In this document: piece after piece, positions 55,562 to 64,000 of the stretch
Layout of the letters: the number at the start of each line of letters is the position of its first letter
How positions within the stretch are numbered: position 1 is the first letter of the stretch
Assembly: GCA_050294405.1 (NCBI GenBank)
Contig: JBNKOC010000011.1
Coordinates: 1-64,000, forward strand
Direction: 5' to 3'
Source: Fibrobacteria bacterium
Lineage (GTDB): Bacteria > Fibrobacterota > Fibrobacteria > UBA11236 > JADFYW01
DNA: 64,000 nt
Program-made: the position numbers and the translations under genes
The notes under the pieces: model-generated
Seen by the model: the letters and a program-made list of their open reading frames with translations, nothing else
What the model was told of the DNA's origin: nothing
Database searches by the model: none

Positions 55562-55954
55562 TTGAGTGTTGGTCAGGAGGAAACTCTTAAGCTTTTAATG
55601 AGACCTGCGTGGAGTATACTATTGGAATTCAAATGCTTGGACGGTTGTTTGCGATCATATATAGGGTTGTCTGGACTGCGGATTGAAATGGAAATTATTT
55701 TTCAAAACTTATTGAGGGGATGGAATATTAAATCAGATAAATATGAATCGCCGACACGCATTCTCAGAAAATTATATGAGGTACATGCTATTACTTCACA
55801 GCAGTACGAGTTGGCAGCTCAAGTATTAAGGTTATGTAACAAAGCCGTTCATGGGGAACTTGTTTCCAGGAATGATGCGCTCAGGGTTCTGGAAGTTTCA
55901 GTAACTTTGGTTGAGCAATATATTTCTTGGCTAAGTTGGGGGTTTAAAGACTAA
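55562..55954 (+). CDS. Hypothetical protein, possibly an N-terminally truncated HEPN/DUF4145-like fragment
   Basis: LSGLRIEME...LRLCNKAVHG resembles a HEPN-like helical domain. TTG start with no clear SD. Confidence 0.45.
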   Translation: MSVGQEETLKLLMRPAWSILLEFKCLDGCLRSYIGLSGLRIEMEIIFQNLLRGWNIKSDKYESPTRILRKLYEVHAITSQQYELAAQVLRLCNKAVHGELVSRNDALRVLEVSVTLVEQYISWLSWGFKD

Positions 55955-56075
55955 TAATACAGCTTCAATAAATTAGAAGTCAGATCCATGGCGCAGTGTA
56001 ACATCGTAATAACTCCAACTCTTCCCGCAGCAAGATAAAAAGCAAGTGTAAGAACAATAAGGAATTATAATAAAC

Positions 56076-57647
56076 TTAATTAGGCGAATTTTCTTTAAAA
56101 TAACTTTCAATAGATAAGCTAAGTCTTTGTGCTATATCATCTTGTCCCTTTTTTGAGGCCATGTATTTGCGATCCTGGGAGTTGGTGATAAAGCCCATTT
56201 CAAAAAGCACGGCTGGCATAAAGGTACCCACTAGCACAAAAAAACCAGCCTGGTGCGCGCCGGTTCTATGCTTGCGGATTTTGCCTCCGTCAAAGTGATT
56301 CACAATGGATTCGGCCAGCTTTTCGCTTTGGTGAGAATAGAGGTTGAGCTCGTGTTCCAGTAATATCCATTCCACCGCCGAGATTTCCGTTTTCTTGCTT
56401 TTGTCGGTGCTGGTTTTTATAGCTTGGTTCTCCCGGCGGGCCAGGGCCTTGTCTTCGTCGCTTTCGCCAGCTCTTAAGATGTATGCCACAAATCCCTTAA
56501 TGGTTTCCAGCTTTTTGGGGCTGCCGTCAATGGCGTTGCAGTGGAGGGATATAAACAAGTCACCTCCGTTTTTAGTGGCAAACTGAGGCCGCTCTGCCAG
56601 GGTTAGGTACTTGTCCTTTTCACGGGTGAGCAAAACCTTGTAGCCCATTTTCTCTAGTTTCTTTTTCAGCTTTTTGCCGATTTGCAAAGTGATGGTTTTT
56701 TCGTTGTGCCTGGAATGTTGGGCGCCGGGATCTTTGCCACCATGGCCAGGGTCGATAATAATTGTTTTTTTGGCCTTTTGATCGGGGGGAGATTTATCCT
56801 TAAAGGCATCGCTGATATTTTCCACTTTTTTACGAATCAACAGTGACAATGAACTGGACCCTTTTTCACTGATTACCTCCACCGTATCTACAGGTCGGGG
56901 AATGTACAAGGTAACCTGGGCCACGCTGTCTTCCTGGATAGTGCTGATTTTTTCAACCAAATTGCCCTTGTATTGGGTGGGGGTAAGGAGCTCCCGGTTT
57001 AGTCGTCCCTTTTTAAAATTGAGAATGTAATGGGGAGGCACCCAAAGGCTTTGAAACTCAAGGGGTTCCAAAAGGTGTATGTCGACCAACGAGCCGTTTT
57101 CCCGGGATTCGTGATGGATACTCAAAATGTTTCCGGTACCGATTTCAAACACAATGGTGGCGGCGCTTTGATCGTAGCGAATCTGATAATGCAGGTTAGT
57201 GGACAGCACTTGCAGGAGCGGTTGGATGGGCAAATAAATATCCGAAGCACTGCGGAAAATGGGGTAGGTTAGGTTGAATATTTCATCGCCGGTGGCGATA
57301 AAACTTCCGTCCACCACCAGTTTCCAGATATCGCCCTTGGGGCCAGGAATGGCGAAAATTTGTTCCAGCGGGCTGTAGTGTCCTTCTTTTTTAAAGGCAA
57401 ACTCCAGCAATTTGTGGGATACATAGGCAATTTCTCCCAGGCTGGAATCGGGAATACTTTCTTCGCCAATAACATGCTTGGCACTTATCATTTTTAGATT
57501 CAAAGCGGGAGATGGTGTAAAAAATACACTAAGTAGTAAGCAAAGGAAGCTTAAGCTGCGAAAGGAAATTCCCGGAAAAAAGCTTATGCCTTCATTGGAA
57601 AACCCGGAGAAAAAGCTGCGACCCAATTTTTTCTGCGCAGTCTTCAT
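56076..57647 (-). CDS. N-acetylmuramoyl-L-alanine amidase (Amidase_3)
   Basis: IIIDPGHGGKDPGA, FISLHCNA, PAVLFEMGFITN; N-terminal hydrophobic signal. Confidence 0.93.
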   Translation of the reverse strand: MKTAQKKLGRSFFSGFSNEGISFFPGISFRSLSFLCLLLSVFFTPSPALNLKMISAKHVIGEESIPDSSLGEIAYVSHKLLEFAFKKEGHYSPLEQIFAIPGPKGDIWKLVVDGSFIATGDEIFNLTYPIFRSASDIYLPIQPLLQVLSTNLHYQIRYDQSAATIVFEIGTGNILSIHHESRENGSLVDIHLLEPLEFQSLWVPPHYILNFKKGRLNRELLTPTQYKGNLVEKISTIQEDSVAQVTLYIPRPVDTVEVISEKGSSSLSLLIRKKVENISDAFKDKSPPDQKAKKTIIIDPGHGGKDPGAQHSRHNEKTITLQIGKKLKKKLEKMGYKVLLTREKDKYLTLAERPQFATKNGGDLFISLHCNAIDGSPKKLETIKGFVAYILRAGESDEDKALARRENQAIKTSTDKSKKTEISAVEWILLEHELNLYSHQSEKLAESIVNHFDGGKIRKHRTGAHQAGFFVLVGTFMPAVLFEMGFITNSQDRKYMASKKGQDDIAQRLSLSIESYFKENSPN

Positions 57648-58108
57648 TACATGCGGCCTTGTTTCATAACTCTGTCGATTTGCCTTTTGGCTTCGGCATT
57701 GGTTTTATCCTGCCGTTTGTCGCCCTTGCTTTTTCCTTTGGCGATGGCGATTTCCACTTTGGCCCAGCGTCCTTTAAGGTAAATTTTTGTGGGCACCAGG
57801 GTTTGGCCCAAGCGCTCAATGGCCATTTGCATTTTGTGAAGTTCTTTGGGGTGCACCAGCAGCTTGCGCTCCCGCCCCGGACTGTGGTTAAAACGGTTGC
57901 CCATTTCGTACTCCTCAATATGGGCATTTAGCAAATACAGCTCGCCCTTTTTATTGATGTGGCCGTAAGCCTCATTAATCACCACCTTGCCCGCCCGCAG
58001 GGATTTAATCTCCGTACCTGTTAACACCAGGCCGCATTCGAAAAACTGCAGCAACTGGTAATTAAATTTGGCCTTCCGATTGTTGACAATCACCTGCATG
58101 CCCAGCAA
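57647..58108 (-). CDS. smpB: SsrA-binding protein SmpB
   Basis: NRKAKFNY...GLVLTGTEIKSLRAG...RERKLL.H...GK...DKR. Confidence 0.96.
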   Translation of the reverse strand: MLGMQVIVNNRKAKFNYQLLQFFECGLVLTGTEIKSLRAGKVVINEAYGHINKKGELYLLNAHIEEYEMGNRFNHSPGRERKLLVHPKELHKMQMAIERLGQTLVPTKIYLKGRWAKVEIAIAKGKSKGDKRQDKTNAEAKRQIDRVMKQGRM

Positions 58109-58259
58109 GATACAATTTTTTTTGATTTTTTGGGGGGCAGTAAATAGGGCAACGGTATCGTATTTCCTCTTGGAAATTGGGGCTGTGTGGATTCAGTACA
58201 GCCCCTTGAGAATTTCAGCCCGGCATTTCATGGGTCCTACCCGAAAAAACTCAGGCTCA

Positions 58260-58985
58260 TTAACCCCAGGGACACTTTTTACAATTGGAGTAACCCCCCT
58301 TTCCTTTTCCTCTTTTGGGACCATGGGAATTCATCTTTTGTTTTTGTTCTTCTGTGAGAATGTTATTAAGGCTGGCTATAAAGTTTTGCCTTGAGTTTAT
58401 CATGGCAGCCTTGTGGCTTTCTCTGCTGTCGGCGCTTTTTTTGATATCCAATTTGTCCTGCATAGACTTTTGTAAAATCGGTTTTATTTGCTCCAGCTGT
58501 TCACTGCTTAAACCCAGATGCTCCTGCATACGGTTTAGCCTTTGCTCTACCAATACATCAGGGATAATGCCGGATTCAAGACTGGAATAAATTTCCTCGG
58601 CAAGTTGTTTCTGATCCTCGGTTAAAATAGGCTTTAAGTTTTGATACATAGATTCCATATGGGCCTTTTTGGCACTTTGAATTTCCTCAAAACCGGCTCC
58701 GGAAGTTTTGAGGCTTCGCATTTCTTCCCGGAACTCCTGGCGGTCGGGTAGGGCGGTCTGAAGCTTTTCCTTTTGCTCATCTGTGAGATTGAGAACATCA
58801 AAAGCCAGCATGCCATGTCCGGGGTGGCCCATAAATGCTCCGGGACTATCTTCCGCTACAAAGGCGGCTTCTTTAGCCAGTCCGTTTCTGTTTTCCATGC
58901 CGTTTACTTGTTCGGATTTGAGACAGCCGTTGAATAATAACATCAGAGAGAATGTAACTCCCGGAATCGTGATTTTGTGTTTCAT
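58260..58985 (-). CDS. Spy/CpxP-like periplasmic chaperone lipoprotein
   Basis: Lipobox FNGC; repeated LNLTDEQK, ILTEDQK and ILTEEQK (LTxxQ) motifs. Confidence 0.75.
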   Translation of the reverse strand: MKHKITIPGVTFSLMLLFNGCLKSEQVNGMENRNGLAKEAAFVAEDSPGAFMGHPGHGMLAFDVLNLTDEQKEKLQTALPDRQEFREEMRSLKTSGAGFEEIQSAKKAHMESMYQNLKPILTEDQKQLAEEIYSSLESGIIPDVLVEQRLNRMQEHLGLSSEQLEQIKPILQKSMQDKLDIKKSADSRESHKAAMINSRQNFIASLNNILTEEQKQKMNSHGPKRGKGKGGYSNCKKCPWG

Positions 58986-59031
58986 AATTTTTTCCTCCGT
59001 TGAGGTTGAGGGGTGAATAACATGTTTATTG

Positions 59032-59060
59032 TTAGACTCCCGGCGGAAAAAATTTATTCC
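59032..59060 (-). promoter_or_regulatory. ECF sigma promoter for the Spy-like gene
   Basis: Minus strand GGAATA-N17-GTCTAA; same boxes and spacing as at 60481-60509. Confidence 0.78.
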
Positions 59061-59111
59061 GATTTTTTTTTGGAACTTATAAAAACGGAATGTCTCTTCA
59101 CGGGTTCAAAT

Positions 59112-59567
59112 CTACGGCCCGAATCTTTCCGAGTCCCCGCCCGGAGGGTGTTTAAAAAAATGCCTCATCCCGCGGCGGTGGGGCATGGATTTAAAAAACT
59201 CATCCAGCTTGCCCGCTTGTTCCTCATTTAAAAGGGGAATAATTTTTTCCCTTTGTTCCTGCATCAGGGAAAAGACGCTGTCACGGGATGTGTTGATAAT
59301 AAGGTGGATTTTTTGGAAGGCCTCCGCTAAAATGGGTTCTATTTCTTTTTGCTGGGCTTCATTTAAATTCAGCTGCCGTGTCATGCGGTTTAAAATTTTC
59401 TGAGGATTTGGTCCTCTCTGTCCATGTTGTCTCCCTTCGAAACCGTGTCCATTAGCTGAATAGGAATAGGCTTTCTTTAAAACCAAGGTTGTGGACAGCG
59501 TGCCGATGAGAACCCCTATTCCCAGGGTCCCTACAATAATAAGCCAGGACTTAAATCGAATGTTCAA
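59112..59567 (-). CDS. Periplasmic heavy-metal-sensor/Spy-like membrane-anchored protein
   Basis: N-terminal TM helix; LNLNEAQ and LLNEEQ motifs; coupled to the anti-sigma gene. Confidence 0.7.
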   Translation of the reverse strand: MNIRFKSWLIIVGTLGIGVLIGTLSTTLVLKKAYSYSANGHGFEGRQHGQRGPNPQKILNRMTRQLNLNEAQQKEIEPILAEAFQKIHLIINTSRDSVFSLMQEQREKIIPLLNEEQAGKLDEFFKSMPHRRGMRHFFKHPPGGDSERFGP

Positions 59568-59896
59568 AATACCACCTCGTAGATTTGATTGGAAACTCCA
59601 TCGGCAAGATCGCTGACAGAATAGAAATTTTCAGGTTCCCCGGAAGCGCTGTGGGTCTTCTTTCCTATGGGGGATAAGTTGATGGCAATCAACACAATTA
59701 TCAAAGCGGCTCCGGCAAAGCTCACCCGCTTAAATACCCAGAACAACGATGTCCAATAGCCCTCCTCTTCATGGGATATGGGGTTCCAATCGGGTAAATG
59801 TTCCAACACTCTTTCAGAAAACCCCTGAGAGAAGCCTTTGCTTTCCATTTTAGCAAATGCCCTCAGTTTTTTTTCCATGTCATCCATACACGCCAA
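59564..59896 (-). CDS. Putative anti-sigma factor
   Basis: Small single-TM protein with FSQGFSERVL motif, overlapping the ECF sigma stop. Confidence 0.65.
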   Translation of the reverse strand: MACMDDMEKKLRAFAKMESKGFSQGFSERVLEHLPDWNPISHEEEGYWTSLFWVFKRVSFAGAALIIVLIAINLSPIGKKTHSASGEPENFYSVSDLADGVSNQIYEVVF

Positions 59897-60425
59897 CCTC
59901 CTTTTGGGCGTACCATTTTTTCAATTTACGCTGGGCCCGGGAAAGTCTCGAAAGCACCGTTCCCAGGGGTATATTTAAAATTTGAGAAATTTCCTCCATG
60001 GAGGACTGGTTAAAATAGCGAAGCACTAAAATTGATTTGTATTTAAGATCCAATGAGTCCAAAGCCTTTCTTATTTTTTCCATGTCTTCCCAATTCAAAT
60101 CGGAATCGTTGTTTTGGTTGAGGTCTTTTTCCTGGTTGCTTCGCTGCTGCATCTTTTTGTAGCGCTTGTTTTTGCGAATTTGGTTTAAGCTCTCATTGAT
60201 AGCGATTCGGGTGAGATAGGTTTTTAGCGAGGATTGTCCCTTAAAATTTTGCAATGAATAATAGAATTTGATAAACACAGTTTGCCCCACATCTTCCACT
60301 TCGGGGTGGCTGCCCAGCATGCCTCTTATGGTCCTTGCCACCGAGGCCTCGTGTTTTTCTACCAAACTCTTAAAAGCCAGGCGGTTACCCGATTTCGCGG
60401 ACTCAATTAGTTCCAGTTCTTCCAG
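59880..60425 (-). CDS. ECF RNA polymerase sigma-70 factor
   Basis: EDVGQTVFIK.Y, YLTRIAIN, EEISQILNIPLGTVLSRLSRA. The frame extends upstream of the tracked start to a CTG at 60425. Confidence 0.9.
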   Translation of the reverse strand: MEELELIESAKSGNRLAFKSLVEKHEASVARTIRGMLGSHPEVEDVGQTVFIKFYYSLQNFKGQSSLKTYLTRIAINESLNQIRKNKRYKKMQQRSNQEKDLNQNNDSDLNWEDMEKIRKALDSLDLKYKSILVLRYFNQSSMEEISQILNIPLGTVLSRLSRAQRKLKKWYAQKEVGVYG

Positions 60426-60480
60426 TTGTTCCGACCTTTTAACAGTCTGTTATAACTAACTTACATTCTTTTCTATTGGC

Positions 60481-60509
60481 TTAGACAACTGCTGGTGGAG
60501 AAATATTCC
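60481..60509 (-). promoter_or_regulatory. Autoregulatory ECF sigma promoter
   Basis: Minus strand GGAATA-N17-GTCTAA upstream of the ECF gene. Confidence 0.78.
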
Positions 60510-60667
60510 CAAATTTTAAAAATTAATTTTGGTTGGGGATATGGCTGATTAAAATCGCGCCAGTTCTCAATTTATTCCTTGGGTTAGGGGGAGATTTGAG
60601 AAAAAATGCTTTGGAAATTTTTAAAACAAAAATGTATGTTTAAAAGGCAATATCGCGCTGACCCATA

Positions 60668-61027
60668 ATGACTTGTAAATTTATTATAGCCTTCCTGATA
60701 TTATGTCAGTTGTGCCTGCTTCCAAAAAAGGTATCAGGAAATGAGGCTATGGTAACGTGGCAAATAGCCGAAACTCATTCTACGCTAAATCCATCTACAC
60801 TAAAAAAGGCTTCTTACACTGCATTTGGCTCTATTGCCGGGGGTTGTTTGTTGTTTTTGGCTGGATTTTATGCTGCCTACTACTATTACGATGGGGCTGA
60901 AATGCCTTGGCCGCATCTTCCCATAGCTTTTGGAACCGGAGCTTTAGGATCCATTGGTGGAGGGTATTTGGGGTATAAATTATCTTTTCAGTTTTTGGGA
61001 AGCTCTAATTTTCTAACAGGCAGATAA
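60668..61027 (+). CDS. Hypothetical membrane protein
   Basis: Signal-like N-terminus and two Gly-rich hydrophobic helices. Confidence 0.55.
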   Translation: MTCKFIIAFLILCQLCLLPKKVSGNEAMVTWQIAETHSTLNPSTLKKASYTAFGSIAGGCLLFLAGFYAAYYYYDGAEMPWPHLPIAFGTGALGSIGGGYLGYKLSFQFLGSSNFLTGR

Positions 61028-61074
61028 AAAACGGGGCTTGGTTTTTAGGCCCTAACATAACCTGGCAACAAAAA

Positions 61075-61887
61075 CTATTCTGCAAGTCGCTCTATATACA
61101 TGCCCTGGGGAAGTTTAGATGTAGCCGAGGGTGCTAGTTGCTTTCCATTTATAGAATAGGCTTGGCTTTGGGAATTAAAAGAGCTGTTAATATGGTGAAG
61201 GAGCAGATTCCAGCCTTCTTTTTTCTTCATGGCAGCTTGCTTTTTATTATCAATACTTAGCGGGCTGTGGGCTATATTGAAAAACTCTTCAGAACTAACG
61301 GTAAATGGAGGGTAGGAACTGTGGGTAATTCCTTCGGAACCGATACGGATTCCGCCAGCCTCGGAACAAGCTTGGGCGGGGTAAATGCTGAGTTCTTCCA
61401 ACTCATCTAAGCCGTTTGAAAAATTAAGGAATTCCCAGCCGTCAATACTACTGTATCCGTAGTCGCAGCTATTTTCGAAATCATAAAATTTTCCCAAGGA
61501 TATATATTGGCCCTCTTCTAAATCTCCTTTTAAAACTTTGTCCACGCGAATAAATACACTATCGTAAACGGTGGCGTAAAAGCCGCCATTTGGATTAGGT
61601 CTATTGTTGTCGAGAAAATACCCTCTTTCCGTACCAATTACCGTGCCCTGGAAAACTTCGGCGGAAGAACTATATAAGTTTTCCAAATCTTCCAGGAGTT
61701 TAGTCTTATGCAGAGTATCAATTTGAACGAGGAGGTTCATTCCTTCGGGCCAGGAAATATTTCTTTCTACCACTCCTGGCTCTAATATGGTATAACTAGT
61801 GTCTGGGAAGGGCATACAGCTACAGGCAAAGGCTGATGTCATAAGCAAAAATTGAGAAGCTAAAGTAATCCACAATGCCTTAACCAT
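61075..61887 (-). CDS. Secreted protein with TIMP/NTR-like CSC N-terminus and C-terminal sorting tail
   Basis: SAFA|CSCMP; VFQGTV...V..VLKG...SCDY; YSINGKQL...QGMYI tail. Confidence 0.68.
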   Translation of the reverse strand: MVKALWITLASQFLLMTSAFACSCMPFPDTSYTILEPGVVERNISWPEGMNLLVQIDTLHKTKLLEDLENLYSSSAEVFQGTVIGTERGYFLDNNRPNPNGGFYATVYDSVFIRVDKVLKGDLEEGQYISLGKFYDFENSCDYGYSSIDGWEFLNFSNGLDELEELSIYPAQACSEAGGIRIGSEGITHSSYPPFTVSSEEFFNIAHSPLSIDNKKQAAMKKKEGWNLLLHHINSSFNSQSQAYSINGKQLAPSATSKLPQGMYIERLAE

Positions 61888-62140
61888 AATGCCCCCCTAA
61901 AATTAAAGTCAGCAATGTTGTAATACGGTTCTCTTTTAATTTAATCCAGGGAAGCGGCTAAAAGCATTCTACAATTTAAATTCTGTATTCTGCTGTTCTC
62001 TAAATGTGCATTGGGTTGCCATGTTTAATTTCACCTTAGGTGATGTGACATAACAGATGAGGTTAAGAACTAAGCTAAAACCAGTGGAAGATTTTAGGAC
62101 CAGCTTTTTGGAAATTGAATTGCCTGGAAGAGGAAGGAAA

Positions 62141-62458
62141 CTAGACTGAGGGGTTGCCTTCGGCGGCGTTTTCTTCGCTATTGATATGGGCTTTTAATTC
62201 TTTGCTAGCTTCAAAAACAGGCTTCAAACCGGCCTCTACCTGTACCAAATCACCAGTTCTGGGATTGCGGGCAATACGGGCTTTCTTCGCTTTCACTTTA
62301 AAACGGCCAAAACCTCTTATCTCTATATTTCTACCTGACTTAAGAGAATCAGCTATAGCGTCTAAAAAGCTCTCAACTACAATTTTAGTGTCCACCTGAG
62401 TGATGCCTGTTTGGCTGGCGATCACTTCCACCAGTTCTTTTTTTGTTACGTTGGCCAT
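62141..62458 (-). CDS. HU/IHF-family nucleoid protein
   Basis: TKKELV, IEIRGFGRF, ARNPRTG, PVFEASKELK. Confidence 0.95.
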   Translation of the reverse strand: MANVTKKELVEVIASQTGITQVDTKIVVESFLDAIADSLKSGRNIEIRGFGRFKVKAKKARIARNPRTGDLVQVEAGLKPVFEASKELKAHINSEENAAEGNPSV

Positions 62459-62577
62459 AATATTTTAAGCTTACTGGGTTTTTGAAAAAAATCCACAGAA
62501 ATTCGATAAAAAATGAAGGAAAATTGTTGTAAGTCTTTAATAATAAATAGCTAGTATACTTTATTAAAACTTTTTTT

Positions 62578-63846
62578 TCAAGAAGTCCCGCTTAATTGCC
62601 GTAATTTATGAATTACGAGCTTGTGGGTGGGGTCTATTTGGAAGGCTCTTTGTAAGTATTCCTGGGCGCTGGACTTGTCGGAAAGATGTTCGTAGGCTGC
62701 GGCAATTTGAAGTAAGGTCTTTAAATCTTCAGGGTCCAAATCCAGCACAATATTAAAGTGAGGGATAGCTTCCTTAAACTGGTTGTTTCCGTTGAGAAGC
62801 ACGCCCACTCTGAAATTAGCCATTCGGTGCTGCGGATAAAATTCCAGGGCACTCTGATAACTTTCAAAAGCCTCGCGGCGATTCTCTTTTTGTTTGGTAT
62901 TGTTCTTTGAATTGTAGGAACGGGCCAAAAGCAATTCCCCTAAATTGTACCAGGTGTTAAAATCCTGGGGATTGAGATGCAAGGCCATGCGGTATTCTTT
63001 TTCGGCAAGCTTATCTTCATTTAAGTAATAATGCACCATGCCCATTTGGCCCCTTAGTTTTCCGTTGGCAGGATCTTCCTGGATGGCTTTTTTGAAAACG
63101 GATTTGGCATCGGCGTAGTTTCCTTCCAATTTGTGTTTGCGCCCCATCTGGTATAGAGCTGGCACATATTTTGGATTTTTATTAAGAGCTTTTTTCAAAT
63201 AGCGGGCGTTACCTGCCTGGCCTTGCCTGGACTCAATTTCCATCATACCCAGAGTGGTTAGAAGTTTAAGGTCATTGGGGTGCTGTTTTAAAAATTGTTC
63301 GCCAAGAGCCAAGGCGTTGTTCACCTGCCCCAGGCGATACATGGAATGAAGTTCAATGTCTTTTAAGTCCACAGATTCAGGATTTTCTTTAAGGGCTTCT
63401 CTGGCTTTTTCCAGGGAGCTTTCGTATTTGCCTAAGGCTAAGCTTATTTCGGCGGATTTTTGGGCAAACTCGGGATCGTTTTTGAAATATTTTTCAATTT
63501 GTTTTAAATGGGCGGAGCTACGGCTGTAGCTTCCTTTTTTTAAATACAATTCCATCAACTCCCTATGAGCATATAAATCCTCTGTAGGCGGGTAATTATC
63601 TCCTTCCCGGAACTGCGGGGAAAAATCAGATGAGGTCTCTCCGGCCTCAGTTTCTTCCAGTACTTGCGGGTCCATCTCCGCCATGATGTTATTCATCTCA
63701 GGTTCGGAGGGCACAGGGGGCGCCATTTTTAAGGTAAGCCAAAATAAGCCCACCATTAAGAGCCATACGGCAACAGCTCCCGAGCCCACAATAATGAGGG
63801 TTCGTTTTTCAACCTGAGACCAGAGGTTTTTTACTTTTTCCATCAT
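62578..63846 (-). CDS. Membrane-anchored tetratricopeptide repeat protein
   Basis: N-terminal TM helix and multiple TPR motifs (A...NP, WYNLG, A..IDP). Confidence 0.88.
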   Translation of the reverse strand: MMEKVKNLWSQVEKRTLIIVGSGAVAVWLLMVGLFWLTLKMAPPVPSEPEMNNIMAEMDPQVLEETEAGETSSDFSPQFREGDNYPPTEDLYAHRELMELYLKKGSYSRSSAHLKQIEKYFKNDPEFAQKSAEISLALGKYESSLEKAREALKENPESVDLKDIELHSMYRLGQVNNALALGEQFLKQHPNDLKLLTTLGMMEIESRQGQAGNARYLKKALNKNPKYVPALYQMGRKHKLEGNYADAKSVFKKAIQEDPANGKLRGQMGMVHYYLNEDKLAEKEYRMALHLNPQDFNTWYNLGELLLARSYNSKNNTKQKENRREAFESYQSALEFYPQHRMANFRVGVLLNGNNQFKEAIPHFNIVLDLDPEDLKTLLQIAAAYEHLSDKSSAQEYLQRAFQIDPTHKLVIHKLRQLSGTS

Positions 63847-64000
63847 ATTTGGGAGTCCGATTTCTGTTTTTATTATCGGATAAATCCGGCGAGTTGTAAA
63901 TGAGAATCAGCGGGAAAATTAAAGTGTACCCCTTTGAATTGGGGCTAGAACCCGGGTATTTGCGATTTTACTTTTTACGCACTATAATTTTTAAGCTTTG

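Noticed and set aside
57647..58260. tmRNA (ssrA) next to smpB
   Set aside because: The flanking gap is only ~150 bp and no tRNA-like ends or tag reading frame were recognised.
59072..59097. Plus-strand GGAACT...GTCTCT as a third ECF promoter
   Set aside because: The spacer is 14 bp rather than 17, and no credible gene lies downstream on that strand.
596..62399. Numerous 60-160 aa antisense or alternate-frame ORFs in the ORF track
   Set aside because: They lie within well-supported longer genes and show no motifs, so they are treated as shadow ORFs.

Overview
Bacterial chromosomal window, probably from a Fibrobacterota-like organism. This is inferred from a TIGR02147-family gene, a Fibrobacter-type LexA box and many proteins with short T9SS-like C-terminal tails. 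(1) 1-23.8 kb is an AT-rich, single-strand accessory block. It carries an apparently split, signal-peptide-bearing Rhs polymorphic toxin: a 1873-aa 'C-half' with the Rhs core and toxin tip, and a 2385-aa SpvB/YD 'B-half'. Between them is a short toxin/immunity cassette array whose tips share a 10-bp junction. Four tandem secreted metzincin paralogues, a beta-propeller lipoprotein and a Phd/YefM-VapC module with a triple-TGTACA operator follow. (2) 24-34.8 kb is a T2SS/T4P-like operon lacking GspF and a clear major pseudopilin. (3) 34.8-50.4 kb holds a CP-ATP-grasp/alpha-E pair, secreted enzymes, a trypsin-fold lipoprotein lacking the catalytic His, lexA with its promoter and SOS box, a TIGR02147-lipoprotein-GSDH-DUF1080 operon with a candidate operator, and a sigma54-type PEP-CTERM gene. 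(4) 50.4-64 kb holds yebC-ruvCAB, three ~116-bp hairpin repeats separating unrelated small genes, an amidase, smpB, an ECF sigma/anti-sigma/Spy-like module with two matching promoters, a TIMP-like secreted protein, HU/IHF and a TPR protein. No rRNA, tRNA, CRISPR array, integrase or transposase was recognised. All family calls come from motif recognition by eye, not database searches.
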